Of a stretch of DNA of 64,000 nt, positions 61,564-64,000 are shown one piece after another. Origin of the DNA: Leucoraja ocellata (lineage: Eukaryota); assembly GCA_036785375.1 (NCBI GenBank), contig JAWMAR010000043.1:3224001-3288000 (forward strand), written 5' to 3'. The notes beneath the pieces were generated by a model that saw nothing but the letters and a program-made list of their open reading frames with translations, searched no databases and was not told the origin of the DNA. A program made the position numbers and the translations under genes. Position 1 is the stretch's first letter, and each line of letters starts with the position of its first letter.

Positions 61564-62249
61564 TCCTTGTCAATTCTCCCTTGTCAATTCTTCCCTTCCC
61601 TCCCGTACCCCCCCCCCCCCCCTCCCCCCTCCCTCCCTGGGCACTTTCCGTTGCAACCGCAAGAAATGCAACACCTGTCCCTTGACCTCCCCCCTCGACT
61701 CCATTCAAGGACCCAAGCAGTCGTTCCAGGTGCGACAGAGGTTCACCTGTATCTCCTCCAACCTCATCTACTGCATCCGCTGCTCTAGATGTCAGATGAT
61801 CTACATCGGTGAGACCAAGCGGAGGCTGGGCGATCGTTTCGCCAAACACCTCCGCTCGGTCCACAAGAACCTACCTGACCTCCCGGTGGCTCAGCATTTC
61901 AACTCCTCCTCCCATTCCCCATCCGACCTCTCTGTCCTGGGACTCGTCCATGGCCAGAGTGAGCAACACCGGAAATTGGTGGAACAGCACCTCATATTCC
62001 GCTTGGGGAGTCTGCATCCTGCGGGCATGAACATTGAATTCTCCCAATTTTGTTAGCCCTTGCTGTCTCCTCCCCTTCCTCAGCCCTCGAGCCGTCTCCT
62101 CCCATCCTTCAGCCCTCGGGCTCCTCCTCCTTCTTCCTTCTGCCCCCTATCAGTCAGAAGAAGGGTTTCAGCCCGAAACATTGCCTATTTCCTTCGCTCC
62201 ATAGATGCTGTTGCACCCGCTGAGTTTCTCCAGCATTTTTGTGTACCTT
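61564..62249 (+). mobile_element. 5'-truncated Penelope-like element with an uninterrupted GIY-YIG endonuclease frame
   Basis: GTFRCNRKKCNTC...FTCISSNLIYCIRCSRCQMIYIGETKRRLGDRFAKHLRS...VAQHFN...EQHLIFRLGSLHPAGMN (stop at 62056), then UTR and terminal repeat. Perfect 14-bp TSD CAATATATAGTGAA at 61550-61563 and 62250-62263. Confidence 0.95.
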
Positions 62250-62534
62250 CAATATATAGTGAACGCAGGTTTAACATCAACTTCAGAAGGGAAAGTCTTG
62301 TGTGGCAAGGCAATAGCTGTGTTGTGAAGATACCTGTAGTTTTTTTTTCCTCCTTGCTATCTCAGTAGTTGTAACATTCATCTTGGAGGTCCTTTTACAC
62401 TGTTGTACATGGTGTGGTACGTCATAATCCCACAACACAAATTCTGCCCAGTCTAAGCTTTTTGCACTCTCAGAGAAGCAATTACCACCCACGACAACAA
62501 CCCTGCTGCTTTTGCATCTTTCTGTAGTCTACAT

Positions 62535-62672
62535 ATCATAAATGACAGGAGGAGCATTAGGCCATTTGGCTCATGTCTACACCGCCATTCAATCATGGCT
62601 GATCCATCTTTCCCTCCTAACCCCATTCTCCTGCCTTTTCCCCCATAACCTCGGACACCTGTACTAATCAAA
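62535..62672 (-). mobile_element. CR1 3' end
   Basis: ISTGVRGYGGK and UTR on the reverse strand. Confidence 0.85.
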
Positions 62673-63650
62673 TATTGGTTCCTCTGTCGGGAGAGCTATT
62701 GTCAAATCACATTAGATTGATTGCCCTTTCTTATATTTGAACATTTTTATTTTGAGTAAATCAGTGCTGGAGTAACTCGGGTCAGGCAATATCCCTGGAC
62801 GAGATGGAGAGGCAATGTTTCAGGTCAGGACCCTTTTTCGTTCAGACTGAAACATCTGAATAACAATAAAGGATACTTTACTTTCTTGCCTTTAGACCCT
62901 TTTTTACACTAATGCTGGAGCTGGAGTTAAATAGAAACTAACAATATACCAGCTAACATGGTATAAAGGGTCATCATCATTTATTTGCTTCTGTACTTAT
63001 TACCCTTACTTAGAATGCCTGGTTTATTTTGTTTTATGGCATCAAAGTCAGACAAGATAAAGATTACTAAGGAGTATTTAAATATTGAAACCGTCTCTTC
63101 AATGAAAGCTTTAGCATGCAAGTAACACAGAACAGCAGGAAGAAAGCCTTGTAGTTACACAATACCCTTTATGGTATCACAAATATTTGGGAAGTTTGAT
63201 GACTGCTGCAATGCAAGAAATGTGGCACTCAATTTACCTACAATATTCAAAGTGATAATGAGCCAACATGCTTAATGGCAACAATATATTTGTTCACACA
63301 CGAGATAAATCTGCTTTTTTTTTTTAAACTATTGGCACAGCATCATTTATGTCAATCTGAGGGTGCAACCACTTCACAACTTAAAGTCTCAGCCAAGGAA
63401 CAGTGCACTACACTCTGGAAATGCCAGATAACATTTGTGCTAGTGCTCTGGAGTGCAACTTAAGCCTTGAACATGCTGAGCAAGTGTAAATAATCAGGAG
63501 TCAACTGCGGGACAATTGACAGCAAATGAAGCTGTACAAAGTATTCTTTGCCTTACCATTGCCTGTGGGTGTAATTGCAAATATAATAAAGCACATGATT
63601 TTATTTTTTAATTAATCAGAACAGCTAAATACCCTTATCTTCTACAGTTT

Positions 63651-64000
63651 CATGATGAATTGCTGAATTTTATTATGGTCAAAATGCGAACACTAAGCCA
63701 CGATTATATTGTGTCGATAGTTACGAGCAGTTTCAGCTCGAGCGGATTGTCCTCAAAGGCAGTTTTGTCAGAGCTCTTTCCACACAACAAACGATGGATC
63801 TCCTACAGGGGACAAAAGAAGGACACTAACAATGTCAAAATGTGCCTGCAAGTGCTTAATGAGTGCGGTGAAGAGATCCCAAGTTTGGATATCACTCTTC
63901 CTGGATGAATTACCCCCCACCCCGTCTCATTTAAACACATCGATGTGTCTGCGCTCCTCGGGAAAATGCAGCAAATTAATGCTGACATTGACTACCTAAA
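63651..64000 (+). pseudogene. Frameshifted non-LTR retrotransposon ORF1-like remnant, running off the window end
   Basis: DELLNFIMVKMRTLSHD.IVSIVTSSFSS...SKAVLSELFP..KRWISYRGQKKDTNNVKMCLQVLNECGEEIP / FLDELPP / VSFKHIDVSALLGKMQQINADIDYL. This pattern resembles ORF1 proteins of RTE-X/CR1-group elements. Confidence 0.6.

Overview
Repeat-dense, apparently non-coding vertebrate genomic DNA with one 200-N gap (9854-10053). The repeat mix (abundant CR1 LINEs, HE1-type V-SINEs, Penelope-like elements, Rex1/Babar, Tx1) points to a cartilaginous fish, most likely a skate or ray; this is inference. I recognised no host-gene exon, rRNA or tRNA gene. Every recognisable ORF is a transposon remnant: CR1 ORF2, Rex1 RT, RTE and Tx1 ORF2, a Tc1 transposase, a Penelope GIY-YIG endonuclease and a probable non-LTR ORF1. 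I cannot demonstrate a new biological system. The best leads are: (1) about 19 short Penelope-derived insertions with a hammerhead-ribozyme-like core, several palindromic and flanked by 9-14 bp target-site duplications (TSDs); (2) a 1.2-kb CpG-rich nested foldback element with perfect TIRs and a perfect 71-bp internal stem; (3) a 97-bp inverted templated insertion copied from 1.5 kb away into a SINE; (4) a full-length Tc1 element that is a horizontal-transfer candidate; (5) candidate enhancer and CTCF sites in unique DNA. All family assignments were made by eye, and boundaries of decayed elements are approximate.
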